Shown here in pieces: positions 20,370 through 30,211 of a DNA stretch of 64,000 nucleotides. Within the stretch, counting starts at the first letter, position 1. Every line of letters starts with the position of its first letter. The DNA is from an uncultured Roseburia sp. (GTDB taxonomy: Bacteria > Bacillota > Clostridia > Lachnospirales > Lachnospiraceae), in assembly GCA_900539115.1 (NCBI GenBank), contig UQAQ01000001.1, positions 21,368-85,367 of the forward strand, given 5' to 3'. The notes under the pieces were generated by a model. That model was not told the DNA's origin and did not search any database. It saw only the letters and a list, made by a program, of their open reading frames with translations. The position numbers were made by a program, and so were the translations under genes.

Positions 20370-22457
20370 ATGAAAAATATCATGGAAATGCCAATTATAC
20401 GTTTGAATGGTTCCTCTTATATCAATGATATGGAGTTAAAAGAAAGATATAAAGTATATAATGACAGCTGCTGGATCTCCCTTCTGTCTTTGGTGGGAAA
20501 CCCGGACGGAGCGATCGTTACGGTAGATGAACCGGTATCGCCGCTTTTGACGATGGATCTGGAAAAACGGTTGAAAACCGCATTGGAAGAAGACCCGGCA
20601 GATTTTCTTGTGGTAGATATGTGTTATACGGCGGGACACCGCCTGTGTGTGTGGAAAGACCAGGTGTTTACGAAAAATCCAAAATTCGAAGAAAGCCGTT
20701 TTTATGCGGAGCATCAGGACGAGATGGAAGAGATTGATGTGATGCGAGACCGGAATTTTGATTGGAAACCATATATGGACCGTTACCTGGAGCTGATTTC
20801 AAAATATTTTGACAAGGATCACATTATCCTTATCAAATCCAGATGCCCGAAGTGGTTTGCAACCCATACCCATGTGCGGAAAGTACAAAAGAAGAGCAGC
20901 AAAGCATACAACAGCCGCATCAAAGAATTGGAAGACTACTTTGTGGAAAAAACGGATCCGTATGTGATTGACATTTATTCCCATTATTTTTTGGACTTTA
21001 ATCACAAAAAGGGATATACCATGTCTTCTTACGAGAAACCGTTTTATCATCATGCGAGACGGCTGATTTCTTATATTATCCGCTATCAGCCGGAAAAACG
21101 GGTATTTACGGAAGATGAATTTTATATTCGTTTTGGGCGTTTTATCAAATATTATGATAATTTGTTTGCCAAAAATAACACGGCCCTTTTTATGGATGAC
21201 AGCAAATTTATCGATCATCTGATCCTGAGTCTGGGAAGACCGGTTTTGGTAGAATTTGAGTATGATATCGTAAAAATACAGCAGGAAGGGTATGCAAGTA
21301 TACAGGAGATCCTTGACAAATATGATTTCCGTTTTTCCGAAGGACTTTGCACCTGCCTGAAAGTGGTACAGGCTGTGGAAGAAGGCGATTTGTTTTGCGA
21401 AGGCGTGCAGTATGAAGCAATCTATGAGTATAAGATGAAGATTGTGAAAACTTATACGGAACTTGTTAAGAAAGAACTGGAAAAACGAGGCTGGCTGGAA
21501 GGCCCGCTGTATATCAATGAAGTGCATGCCGGAACTTTTGATGCCATTCTGCGTGCGCTGGATGCCGGAAAAGGGAAAGAAGCCAAAAAGATATTGTTTG
21601 CGGCAGCCGAAGAAGATTTTGAACACGACCGCATAAAAGAGTGCTATCATAAAGAACTGGAAGTGGACAAGCAGCTTGCGCCAATCCGTGCACTCAATGC
21701 CTTTTATGAGCCGGTTCAGGTGGATCTTTGGGGATCTTGCATTACCCGCGAGATTTTGAACGAAGATACCGGGCGTTTTAAGATTGGCAAATACGCATAC
21801 CGCAACAGCTTTTTATTTGCCTTTGACGAACCGATCCCTTATGACGATACGAAATTTGAGAATCTGTCGTTATTTGAAAACAGCAATTGGCGTGTCGGAT
21901 ATATCAAAAGTGCGTTCCACAAGGATCTGCCGGGACAGCTGGAAGCGACCGGTTCCAAGTGGCTGCTTCTTGATTTTTACGACCTGATCTGTGATGTCGT
22001 AAAATACCGGGGCGGCTATCTTACGGCAGACAGCGAAGTGCGTGGACTTGGCTTTTATAAAGAGATCAAAGACGACTGTGAATTGACAACCGTAGAGGAT
22101 GTGCTGAGTGATGAGGAGATCAAAGCACGTTTTGATACGTTTATCGAGTTTTTAAAACGCCGCTATGGAAAGCAGATCATTTTCATTAAAGCAGATGTAA
22201 AACTCAAATTTTTAGATTATCAACGTCGTAAAAAGAATATCCGCGGATATAAACAGGCGACTTTAAAGAAGAAAAAAGCCTTTTTGCAGAAATGGCAGGA
22301 TTATTTCGAAAAACAGATGGACTGTCACGTAATCGATTATGCGAAAGACTATGATGCAGATGATCTGTGCGTGTCTGGTGCATTCATGGTGCATTATGAA
22401 AAAGAATTTTACGAGAAAGGGTATCAGGCGCTTTTGGACATCATTTATAGAGGTTGA
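20370..22457 (+). CDS. Hypothetical 695-aa soluble protein built from two homologous ~330-aa modules (internal tandem duplication); first gene of the glycopolymer locus
   Basis: Module 1 (aa ~8–340) and module 2 (aa ~445–690) align. IILIKSR..KELEDYFVEKTDPYVIDIYSHYF..SSYEKPFY matches IIFIKAD..QKWQDYFEKQMDCHVIDYAKDY..HYEKEFY. Each module begins with a G-S-[SC] motif (NGSSY, WGSC). No TM segments and no recognisable catalytic signature were found. Confidence 0.5.
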   Translation: MKNIMEMPIIRLNGSSYINDMELKERYKVYNDSCWISLLSLVGNPDGAIVTVDEPVSPLLTMDLEKRLKTALEEDPADFLVVDMCYTAGHRLCVWKDQVFTKNPKFEESRFYAEHQDEMEEIDVMRDRNFDWKPYMDRYLELISKYFDKDHIILIKSRCPKWFATHTHVRKVQKKSSKAYNSRIKELEDYFVEKTDPYVIDIYSHYFLDFNHKKGYTMSSYEKPFYHHARRLISYIIRYQPEKRVFTEDEFYIRFGRFIKYYDNLFAKNNTALFMDDSKFIDHLILSLGRPVLVEFEYDIVKIQQEGYASIQEILDKYDFRFSEGLCTCLKVVQAVEEGDLFCEGVQYEAIYEYKMKIVKTYTELVKKELEKRGWLEGPLYINEVHAGTFDAILRALDAGKGKEAKKILFAAAEEDFEHDRIKECYHKELEVDKQLAPIRALNAFYEPVQVDLWGSCITREILNEDTGRFKIGKYAYRNSFLFAFDEPIPYDDTKFENLSLFENSNWRVGYIKSAFHKDLPGQLEATGSKWLLLDFYDLICDVVKYRGGYLTADSEVRGLGFYKEIKDDCELTTVEDVLSDEEIKARFDTFIEFLKRRYGKQIIFIKADVKLKFLDYQRRKKNIRGYKQATLKKKKAFLQKWQDYFEKQMDCHVIDYAKDYDADDLCVSGAFMVHYEKEFYEKGYQALLDIIYRG

Positions 22458-22535
22458 CAAGGTAGAAAAAGTGCTTTATACTTATATAAGATATGCCTTT
22501 TTTAGGCAGTAAAAGGGAAAGGTGGTAACCCCACG

Positions 22536-24293
22536 ATGAAAAACGTACTGAAAAAGTACAAATGGGAATTTGTCGCTGTGGCAGTATTAATGTTGTTGGT
22601 ATATGCTTCATTGGCGATTTCTTTCGATTTTAAAAATTATGACGTTTCTATGCCTATTGCTTACCAAGGCGGAGATGATTTTGGAACTGCTTATAAGCAT
22701 GCGAAAGTGGTTTCGGATAGTCAAAGTACGTGGATTTATGAGACGGAGCGGCTAGGTGCCCCATATGGAGCAGAATATTATGATTTTATGCCGGATTCGT
22801 TAATGAATGCAGATGTATTGTTCCTGAAGTTTTTTGGGCTGTTTTCCGAGGATCCGGTTGCGATTGTAAATATGACCATTATATTTTTGTTCTTTTTAAT
22901 TGCGTTGATATCTTATTTTGTAATGAGACAGCTGGGGATTCGGCAGGATTTTGCAGTGATAGGAACTTTGCTTTTTGATTTTATGTATTATCATTTTATG
23001 CGGCTGGTAAGTCATTTTTGCTTAAGTTCGTATGAATTTGTACCATTGTCGATTTTAATCTGTGTATGGCTGTGGAAAGATGATAAATTGTTTGAATTCG
23101 GAAAAGGATTCTTTAAATATAAGAAAAACTATCTTGTATTACTTTTCTTTTTTATGATTGCAAACAATGGAATTGGATATTACACATTTTTCACTTGTAT
23201 GTTTCTTGCTATTACCGGGATTTCCAAGGCAATGAAGCATCGTAGCTGGAAAGCAGTATTTCAAATGATTCGCATGGTGGTTTCGAATGTTTTGTTTATG
23301 GTAATTGCATTGATTCCGTGTATCATATACCAAATTCAAAATGGAGCTAATCTTACAGAACGTTCACTTGCGGATTCTGAATTGTATGCATTGAAGATTG
23401 TACAGTTGCTGATTCCGTATAAAGATTATGGAATACAAAAGTTACAGGAATATAATCAGGAATATTATCAGATATTTATCAAGACGGAGTCAATGACTTC
23501 GTACCTTGGTATTATGGCTGGCATTGGTTTTTTGGCATTGATTATTGGCTTGATGCGTAGACGGGAAATTGCCAGGCGGAGAGAACCGCTTGCCTTGTTT
23601 GTGGAATTAAATGTATTTGCAGTTCTTTTTGCTACGATGGGCGGCTTTGGTGGAATCTTTGCCAATTTTGTAACCAGCCTTGTGCGAGGAACTAACCGTA
23701 TTTCTATTTTTATCGCCTTTATGTCGCTTTCGACATTGGGGATATTAATGACACGATGGATGAAAAAACAGAATAAGTATTCTAAAATATGGAAGCCGAT
23801 TTGTGAAGTTCTTTTTTGCGCACTGGCAATATTTAGCTTGTATGATCAGGTCCCGGCGAGTGTGACAGGAGCAGCGGCGCAATTACAAGAAGAAAAGAAT
23901 TCGGACAGCCGGTTTATAGAAAAGATAGAAGCAAGTGTACCGGAAAAATCTATGATTTTTCAGCTCCCGTATCATCCGTATCCGGAGGGAGGTCCCGTGA
24001 ATCAAATGCAGGATTATCATTTGTTTATTGGATTTATGTATTCCGAGCAGTTACGGTGGAGTTACGGTGGAAGCAAAGGACGCGAGGGCGATCTTTGGTA
24101 TCAGCAGACTGCAGGAATGCCGGTAAAACAGATGATAGACGAATTGAAGAAAAAAGGATTTGCCGGAATTTATGTGGACAAGCGTGCTTATGATGAGGAG
24201 AGTTTTGCTTCTCTGGATGCAGCACTAAAAGCAGAACTTGATTGTGAACCGATCAACAGTGCAAACGGAAATTTATATTTTTATGAATTTTAA
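22536..24293 (+). CDS. Polytopic membrane protein (≥10 TM) with a C-terminal extracytoplasmic domain; putative GT-C-type glycosyltransferase or polymerase
   Basis: A 585-aa protein in an AT-rich region. Its architecture resembles the 728-aa protein at 31172. It has no nucleotide-binding motifs, which is consistent with the use of a lipid-linked donor. Confidence 0.45.
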   Translation: MKNVLKKYKWEFVAVAVLMLLVYASLAISFDFKNYDVSMPIAYQGGDDFGTAYKHAKVVSDSQSTWIYETERLGAPYGAEYYDFMPDSLMNADVLFLKFFGLFSEDPVAIVNMTIIFLFFLIALISYFVMRQLGIRQDFAVIGTLLFDFMYYHFMRLVSHFCLSSYEFVPLSILICVWLWKDDKLFEFGKGFFKYKKNYLVLLFFFMIANNGIGYYTFFTCMFLAITGISKAMKHRSWKAVFQMIRMVVSNVLFMVIALIPCIIYQIQNGANLTERSLADSELYALKIVQLLIPYKDYGIQKLQEYNQEYYQIFIKTESMTSYLGIMAGIGFLALIIGLMRRREIARRREPLALFVELNVFAVLFATMGGFGGIFANFVTSLVRGTNRISIFIAFMSLSTLGILMTRWMKKQNKYSKIWKPICEVLFCALAIFSLYDQVPASVTGAAAQLQEEKNSDSRFIEKIEASVPEKSMIFQLPYHPYPEGGPVNQMQDYHLFIGFMYSEQLRWSYGGSKGREGDLWYQQTAGMPVKQMIDELKKKGFAGIYVDKRAYDEESFASLDAALKAELDCEPINSANGNLYFYEF

Positions 24294-24332
24294 GTAATAT
24301 ATGCGTACATCAACGCGGAAAAGGAGAGAAAA

Positions 24333-25112
24333 ATGAAAGCAGTTATTTTAGCAGGAGGATATGGAACAAGAATTAGCGAGGAAAGCCATTTGAAACCGAA
24401 ACCGATGATTGAAATCGGCGAGAAACCAATTTTGTGGCACATTATGAAAGAATACTCACACTATGGGATTAATGAGTTTATCATTTGCTGCGGATATAAA
24501 CAGCACATTATTAAAGAATACTTTAATGACTATTATCTGCACAATAGTGATATTACCTTTGATTTTACCGATGGAAATAAAATGACGGTTCATAATAATG
24601 TGGCAGAACCATGGAAAGTAACATTGGTGGATACCGGTCTGGATACGATGACGGGCGGCCGTGTGAAACGTGTTCAGAAATATGTAGGTGATGAAACCTT
24701 TATGCTTACATACGGCGACGGAGTTTCGGATGTAGATATTGCAAAATTGCTTGAATTCCATAAGGCACACGGGAAAATGGCTACATTGACTGCGATTAAT
24801 GTGGAACAGAGATTTGGTGTGCTGGATATTACGGAAGATGGATTTATCGAGAATTTCCGTGAAAAATCGAAGATGGATGGAAACCGTATCAATGCAGGTT
24901 ATATGGTATTGGAGCCGGGAATTTTTGATCTGATCGAAGGCGATTCTACCGTATTTGAAAAAGAACCATTGGAAAAAGTTGCCAAGATGGGCGAGCTCAA
25001 AGCTTATAAACATGATGGCTTCTGGCAGTGTATGGACACCAAGCGTGAAAAAGAAAAACTGGAAGAACTTTGGGCTTCCGGAAAAGCACCTTGGAAAGTC
25101 TGGGAAGACTAA
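24333..25112 (+). CDS. rfbF: Glucose-1-phosphate cytidylyltransferase
   Basis: MKAVILAGGYGTRISEESHLKPKPMIEIGEKPILWHIM closely matches Salmonella RfbF (DdhA). It is 259 aa long. Confidence 0.85.
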   Translation: MKAVILAGGYGTRISEESHLKPKPMIEIGEKPILWHIMKEYSHYGINEFIICCGYKQHIIKEYFNDYYLHNSDITFDFTDGNKMTVHNNVAEPWKVTLVDTGLDTMTGGRVKRVQKYVGDETFMLTYGDGVSDVDIAKLLEFHKAHGKMATLTAINVEQRFGVLDITEDGFIENFREKSKMDGNRINAGYMVLEPGIFDLIEGDSTVFEKEPLEKVAKMGELKAYKHDGFWQCMDTKREKEKLEELWASGKAPWKVWED

Positions 25113-25136
25113 TCGAAAAAATGGAGGAAGACCACG

Positions 25137-26186
25137 ATGGATTTGACATTTTATAAGGGGAAAAAAGTACTTATTACAGGACATACCGGTTTTAAAGGAA
25201 GCTGGATGTGCCGTACATTGATTCAGGCAGGGGCAGAGGTGACAGGATATTCCCTCGAGCCTCCGACGGATCCCAATCTGTTTTCTATGGCAGAGATTGA
25301 GGATAAGATGAATTCCGTAATCGGAGATATCCGTGATTTGGAAAAATTATCCAATGTTTTCCGGAAAGTACAGCCGGAGATCGTGATTCACCTTGCTGCA
25401 CAGCCGATTGTAAGAGATTCCTATAAGGATCCGGTTTACACGTATGAGACCAATGTGATGGGAACCGTAAATATCTGTGAATGCGTACGCCGGAATCCGT
25501 GTGTGAAGAGTTTTCTCAATGTCACAACGGATAAGGTATATGAAAATAAAGAATGGGAATGGGGATATCGTGAAAATGAGCCGCTGGATGGCTACGATCC
25601 ATATTCCAACAGTAAATCCTGTTCCGAATTGGTGACACATAGTTACAAAAATTCATTTTTCAATGAGACCGGCGTTGCGGTATCGACAGCGAGAGCGGGT
25701 AATGTCATCGGCGGCGGTGATTTTGCCAACGACCGTATTATCCCCGACTGCGTGCGCGCGGCAAAAGAAAAGAAAGATATCGTGATCCGTAATCCATTTT
25801 CCACGCGTCCTTACCAGCACGTTCTGGAGCCGGTCATTGCGTATCTGATGATTGCCAAAGAGCAGTATGAGGATGCCAAATACCAGGGATATTACAATGT
25901 AGGACCGGATGAGACAGACTGCGTGACAACCGGTGATCTGGTCGACCTGTTTGTGGAAAAATGGGGCGAAGGCATGAAATGGGTCAATCAGTATGACGGA
26001 GGTCCTCATGAGGCAAATTTCCTGAAACTGGACTGTTCCAAATTAAAGACAACATTTGGATGGAAACCACGCTGGACCGTATCCGAAGCTTTGGATAAGA
26101 CGGTAGAATGGACAAAGGTATATTTTGCCGGCGAAAGTGTGGCAGACATTATGGACAAGCAGATTAGAGAATTTTTAAATCGATAA
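25137..26186 (+). CDS. rfbG: CDP-glucose 4,6-dehydratase
   Basis: An SDR with GHTGFKGSW and the YSxSK catalytic motif (YSNSKSCSE). It is 349 aa long and follows rfbF. Confidence 0.85.
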   Translation: MDLTFYKGKKVLITGHTGFKGSWMCRTLIQAGAEVTGYSLEPPTDPNLFSMAEIEDKMNSVIGDIRDLEKLSNVFRKVQPEIVIHLAAQPIVRDSYKDPVYTYETNVMGTVNICECVRRNPCVKSFLNVTTDKVYENKEWEWGYRENEPLDGYDPYSNSKSCSELVTHSYKNSFFNETGVAVSTARAGNVIGGGDFANDRIIPDCVRAAKEKKDIVIRNPFSTRPYQHVLEPVIAYLMIAKEQYEDAKYQGYYNVGPDETDCVTTGDLVDLFVEKWGEGMKWVNQYDGGPHEANFLKLDCSKLKTTFGWKPRWTVSEALDKTVEWTKVYFAGESVADIMDKQIREFLNR

Positions 26187-26216
26187 TAATTACTAAAATC
26201 AGAAAGGATTAATATT

Positions 26217-27554
26217 ATGTTTGAAAATCAGAATGAAAAACAGGCAAGAGAAAGTATTTTGGAGATGGTAAAAGAGTATTGTGACAAATACCACAATCAG
26301 GAAAAACCTTTTAAAGAAGGCGACCGTATCCCATATGCTTCCCGTTATTATGGACATGAAGAGATGGTAAATCTGGTAGACAGTTCCCTCGAGTTCTGGC
26401 TTACTTCCGGAAGATATACCGATCAGTTTGAAAAGGAATTTGCAGAGTACCTTGGAATTAAATACTGTTCTTTGGTAAACTCCGGTTCTTCCGCAAACCT
26501 GCTCGCATTTATGGCACTGACTTCTCCGTTGATGGGAGACCGCCGTATTATGCCGGGAGACGAAGTGATCACTGTGGCTGCCGGATTCCCTACAACGATT
26601 GCGCCGATCATTCAGTATGGTGCGGTTCCGGTATTTGTTGATATGACCATTCCACAGTACAATATGGATGCTTCCATGCTGGAAGATGCCCTTTCCGATA
26701 AGACAAAAGCGATCATGATCGCTCATACATTGGGAAATCCATGGGATCTTGGAGCAATCAAAGAATTTTGTGACAAACATAATTTATGGCTTGTAGAAGA
26801 TAACTGTGATGCACTGGGATCCAAATATACGATCAACGGCGAAGAAAAATTCACCGGTACGATCGGTGACATCGGTACTTCCAGTTTTTATCCGCCACAC
26901 CATATGACAATGGGTGAAGGTGGAGCGGTTTATACCGACAATCCATTGATCCATAAGGCAGTCCGCTCTTTGAGAGACTGGGGAAGAGACTGCGTATGTC
27001 CATCCGGAAGAGACAACTTGTGCGGACATCGTTTTGACAAGCAGTATGGAGAACTTCCACTTGGATATGACCACAAATATGTATATTCTCATTTTGGATA
27101 CAATTTGAAAGCAACCGATATGCAGGCAGCAGTAGGATGTGCTCAGCTTGCTAAGTTCCCTACATTTGTAGAAAAGAGAAGACATAACTTTGACCGTCTT
27201 CGTGCTGCTTTGGAAGAAGTAGAAGATAAACTCATTCTTCCGGAACCATGTCCAAATTCAAAACCAAGCTGGTTCGGATTCCTTCTTACCTGTCGCGAGG
27301 GCGTAGATAAGAATAAAGTGGTTCAGTATATCGAAGATCATGGCGTACAGACCCGTATGCTCTTTGCAGGAAATATCGTAAAACAGCCTTGTTTCGATGA
27401 AATGCGTGCATCCGGAAAAGGATACCGCGTAGTCGGAAATCTTGCTGTGACAGACCGTATCATGAAAGATACATTCTGGCTTGGTGTATATCCGGGTATG
27501 ACCGATGAAAAGATTGATTATATGGCAAAAGTGATCAAAGAAGCTTTACAATAA
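26217..27554 (+). CDS. rfbH: CDP-6-deoxy-D-xylo-4-hexulose-3-dehydrase (E1), PMP-dependent, with [2Fe-2S] cysteine motif
   Basis: It matches Salmonella RfbH over its whole length: GDEVITVAAGFPTT, FYPPHHMTMGEGG (His replaces the usual PLP-Lys) and DWGRDCVCPSGRDNLC (the C-x-C-x7-C Fe-S motif). It is 445 aa long. Confidence 0.85.
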   Translation: MFENQNEKQARESILEMVKEYCDKYHNQEKPFKEGDRIPYASRYYGHEEMVNLVDSSLEFWLTSGRYTDQFEKEFAEYLGIKYCSLVNSGSSANLLAFMALTSPLMGDRRIMPGDEVITVAAGFPTTIAPIIQYGAVPVFVDMTIPQYNMDASMLEDALSDKTKAIMIAHTLGNPWDLGAIKEFCDKHNLWLVEDNCDALGSKYTINGEEKFTGTIGDIGTSSFYPPHHMTMGEGGAVYTDNPLIHKAVRSLRDWGRDCVCPSGRDNLCGHRFDKQYGELPLGYDHKYVYSHFGYNLKATDMQAAVGCAQLAKFPTFVEKRRHNFDRLRAALEEVEDKLILPEPCPNSKPSWFGFLLTCREGVDKNKVVQYIEDHGVQTRMLFAGNIVKQPCFDEMRASGKGYRVVGNLAVTDRIMKDTFWLGVYPGMTDEKIDYMAKVIKEALQ

Positions 27555-27571
27555 AAGGAAGGAAGAAGCAG

Positions 27572-28381
27572 ATGACCAGTGAAGAACTTGCTTTAGCAAT
27601 GCGAAAAGACACTGTTCAGATGATTCATAACAGTCATGCGGCACATATTGGTGCCGTATTGTCTGTTATTGATATTGTGGCAGTGCTTTATCATGATGTG
27701 ATGAATTATGATTGTAAAAATCCGAAAATGGAGACAAGAGACCGTCTTGTGCTTAGTAAAGGACATGCAGGTGTAGCCATTTATACGGCTCTTGCAGAAT
27801 GCGGTTTTTTTGATCGTTCGGAATTGAAAAAATATTATACAGACGGCAGTGTGTATTCCGGCCATGTATCCAGTAAAGGGGTGCCGGGAGTCGAAGTTTC
27901 TACCGGAAGTCTCGGACATGGAGCTGGTATGGCGTGTGGTATGGCAATTGCGCTCAAACGGAATGGCAGCCCAAGCCGTGTCTTTGCAATTATCGGAGAC
28001 GGTGAGTGCGAAGAAGGAGAAATCTGGGAAATGGCACTGCTGGCAAATAAACAGAAACTGGGAAATTTTACAGTCATTATTGATCATAACAAATGGCAGG
28101 CTCTAGGAAGATGCGAAGATGTTATCGCTTTTACGGATCTGCCACGCCGCTGGGAAGCCTTTGGCTGGAATGTCATTGACGTAAAGGATGGAAATGATCA
28201 TAATCAGTTGAGAGATGCGTTCTCGCACTTGTCAGAAGAAAAACCAAATGTGATCGTTGCCAATACGATAAAAGGAAAAGGGGTTTCCTTTATGGAAGAT
28301 ACTCTTTTGTGGCATTACCGTGATCCGCAGGGAGAAGCTTATGAACAGGCAATGCAGGAACTGGGAGGTGAATCCTTGTGA
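27572..28381 (+). CDS. Transketolase, N-terminal (ThDP-binding) subunit of a split enzyme
   Basis: It is 269 aa long. It has the ThDP motif GDGECEEGEIWE, the SKGHAG motif and a His cluster. Confidence 0.8.
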   Translation: MTSEELALAMRKDTVQMIHNSHAAHIGAVLSVIDIVAVLYHDVMNYDCKNPKMETRDRLVLSKGHAGVAIYTALAECGFFDRSELKKYYTDGSVYSGHVSSKGVPGVEVSTGSLGHGAGMACGMAIALKRNGSPSRVFAIIGDGECEEGEIWEMALLANKQKLGNFTVIIDHNKWQALGRCEDVIAFTDLPRRWEAFGWNVIDVKDGNDHNQLRDAFSHLSEEKPNVIVANTIKGKGVSFMEDTLLWHYRDPQGEAYEQAMQELGGESL

Positions 28382-29298
28382 GAAATCATTTGATTAATGA
28401 ATTGACCGCAATCGCAAAAAAAGATAAAGACGTGATGCTGATTGCCGGAGATCTTGGCTTTGGAGTGTTGAATGAATTTATGGAGACACTGCCGGATCAG
28501 TTTATCAATGCGGGAATCTGCGAGCAAAATATGGCAAGTGTGGCCGCCGGTCTTGCGTTGGAAGGAAAGAAAGTATATGTGTATTCCATAGGAAACTTTC
28601 CGGGAATCCGATGCTTAGAGCAGGTAAGAAATGACATCTGCTACCACAATGCCAATGTAAAGATTATTGTTGTAGGTGGCGGATTTGCTTATGGACAGCT
28701 CGGAATGAGCCATCATGCGACAGAAGATCTGTCTATTATGCGTTCTCTGCCAAATATGACAGTGTATTCCCCTTCGGATCCGCTGGAAGCTGTGGATGTG
28801 ATCCGTGAGGCTTACGCGACAGAAGGGCCGGGATATATTCGTCTCGGAAAAGGTGGCGAAAATGAACTCTACGACCATGAGATCCAAAAAGGATTTCAGC
28901 CGGTGATCACGCTGCAGGAGGGAGAGAAAGTTGCGCTTTTGGCTACCGGATCTCTTTTGGAAGAAGCAAAGACAGCTTGCGAACAACTTGCGGAGGAAGG
29001 CGTTCATGCGGGACTTTATGATTTTGTCAGCGTGAAACCACTTTCCGAAGAAAAAGTACGTGACATTGCTAAAAAATACCAAGTAATTGTCACAATTGAA
29101 GAGCATACTATAGTCGGAGGCTTCGGAGGAGCGGTTTGTGAAGTGGTTGCCGGAATGTCAGGGGAACGTGCAAGTGTTATCCGCATGGGACTGCAGGATG
29201 AGTATACTACAATTGTAGGAAGCCAGAGGTTTTTAAGAGAATATTATCATATGGTAGCAGAAGATATTGTAAATAAAGTAAGGGAGATTGTTGGATGA
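28378..29298 (+). CDS. Transketolase, C-terminal (pyrimidine-binding/TK-C) subunit
   Basis: A 306-aa protein whose start overlaps the N-subunit stop (GTGA). It has a TK pyrimidine-binding domain and a C-terminal domain. Confidence 0.8.
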   Translation: MRNHLINELTAIAKKDKDVMLIAGDLGFGVLNEFMETLPDQFINAGICEQNMASVAAGLALEGKKVYVYSIGNFPGIRCLEQVRNDICYHNANVKIIVVGGGFAYGQLGMSHHATEDLSIMRSLPNMTVYSPSDPLEAVDVIREAYATEGPGYIRLGKGGENELYDHEIQKGFQPVITLQEGEKVALLATGSLLEEAKTACEQLAEEGVHAGLYDFVSVKPLSEEKVRDIAKKYQVIVTIEEHTIVGGFGGAVCEVVAGMSGERASVIRMGLQDEYTTIVGSQRFLREYYHMVAEDIVNKVREIVG

Positions 29299-30209
29299 AA
29301 CGAGTAGTAGTGACGGGAGCTTCCAGTTTTATTGGAGCCTATCTGATACAGGAATTGCTAAAAGATACAGAAAATGAAATTTATGCGGTGATCCGGCCGA
29401 ATTCGTCAAATCGTGACCGGGTGCCTCAGGATGACAGAGTGAAGATTGTAGAATTGGATATGGCTCAGATAGAAGAACTGCCGTCCTATGTACCGGGACA
29501 GGTGGAAGGATTTTATCACCTTGCCTGGAACGGAACTCGTGGAGAGACCAGGGATGATGAGAAAAAGCAAAAGGAGAATTATGAGGCTTCCCTTCTTGCA
29601 GCAAAAACGGCAGAAAAACTGCAGGCAAAGATGTTTTTGGGAAGCGGTTCTCAGGCAGAATACGGGATTGTGAAAGAGGTTGTTTCAGAAGCCGATGAAG
29701 CGAAGCCGACAACTGCTTACGGAAAAATGAAAAAGCAGACGTATGATGCTTTGAAAGAGTATTTTGCCAATACTTCTGTGAAATTGTACTGGGTTCGTAT
29801 TTTTAGTGTATTTGGACCGGAAGATTATGAAGGAACGCTTATCATGTCATCGCTCGATAAAATGCAGAAAAATGAACCATTGCAATTGACCGAGTGCATT
29901 CAAAAATGGGACTATATCTATATACGAGATGTGGCAGATGCGCTGGCCGGCTTTTTGACAGGACAGGCAGAAGCAGGCATTTACAATGTGGCATCCGGCC
30001 GGGTGCGACCATTGAAAGAATTTGTGCTGGAAATGAAAGAAATTTTACATTCGGAGTCAGAGATTCAATTTGGTGCGGTGCCTTATGGCCCGGCAGGTCC
30101 GGTAAATCTTTGCCCGGATGTCAGTAAAATAAAAAGACAACTTAAGTGGCAGGCAAAAACAAAATTTGATGAAGGAATTGAAGAAATCCTTAAGAAGAAA
30201 TGGAGATAA
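29295..30209 (+). CDS. NAD(P)-dependent sugar-nucleotide reductase/epimerase of the CDP-paratose/abequose synthase (RfbS/RfbJ) type
   Basis: It has the SDR fold with GASSFIG, a YGKMK catalytic pair and WDYIYIRDV (compare RfbS RDFLYIKDL). It is 304 aa long and is coupled to the transketolase C-subunit gene. Confidence 0.65.
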   Translation: MKRVVVTGASSFIGAYLIQELLKDTENEIYAVIRPNSSNRDRVPQDDRVKIVELDMAQIEELPSYVPGQVEGFYHLAWNGTRGETRDDEKKQKENYEASLLAAKTAEKLQAKMFLGSGSQAEYGIVKEVVSEADEAKPTTAYGKMKKQTYDALKEYFANTSVKLYWVRIFSVFGPEDYEGTLIMSSLDKMQKNEPLQLTECIQKWDYIYIRDVADALAGFLTGQAEAGIYNVASGRVRPLKEFVLEMKEILHSESEIQFGAVPYGPAGPVNLCPDVSKIKRQLKWQAKTKFDEGIEEILKKKWR

Positions 30210-30211
30210 TA

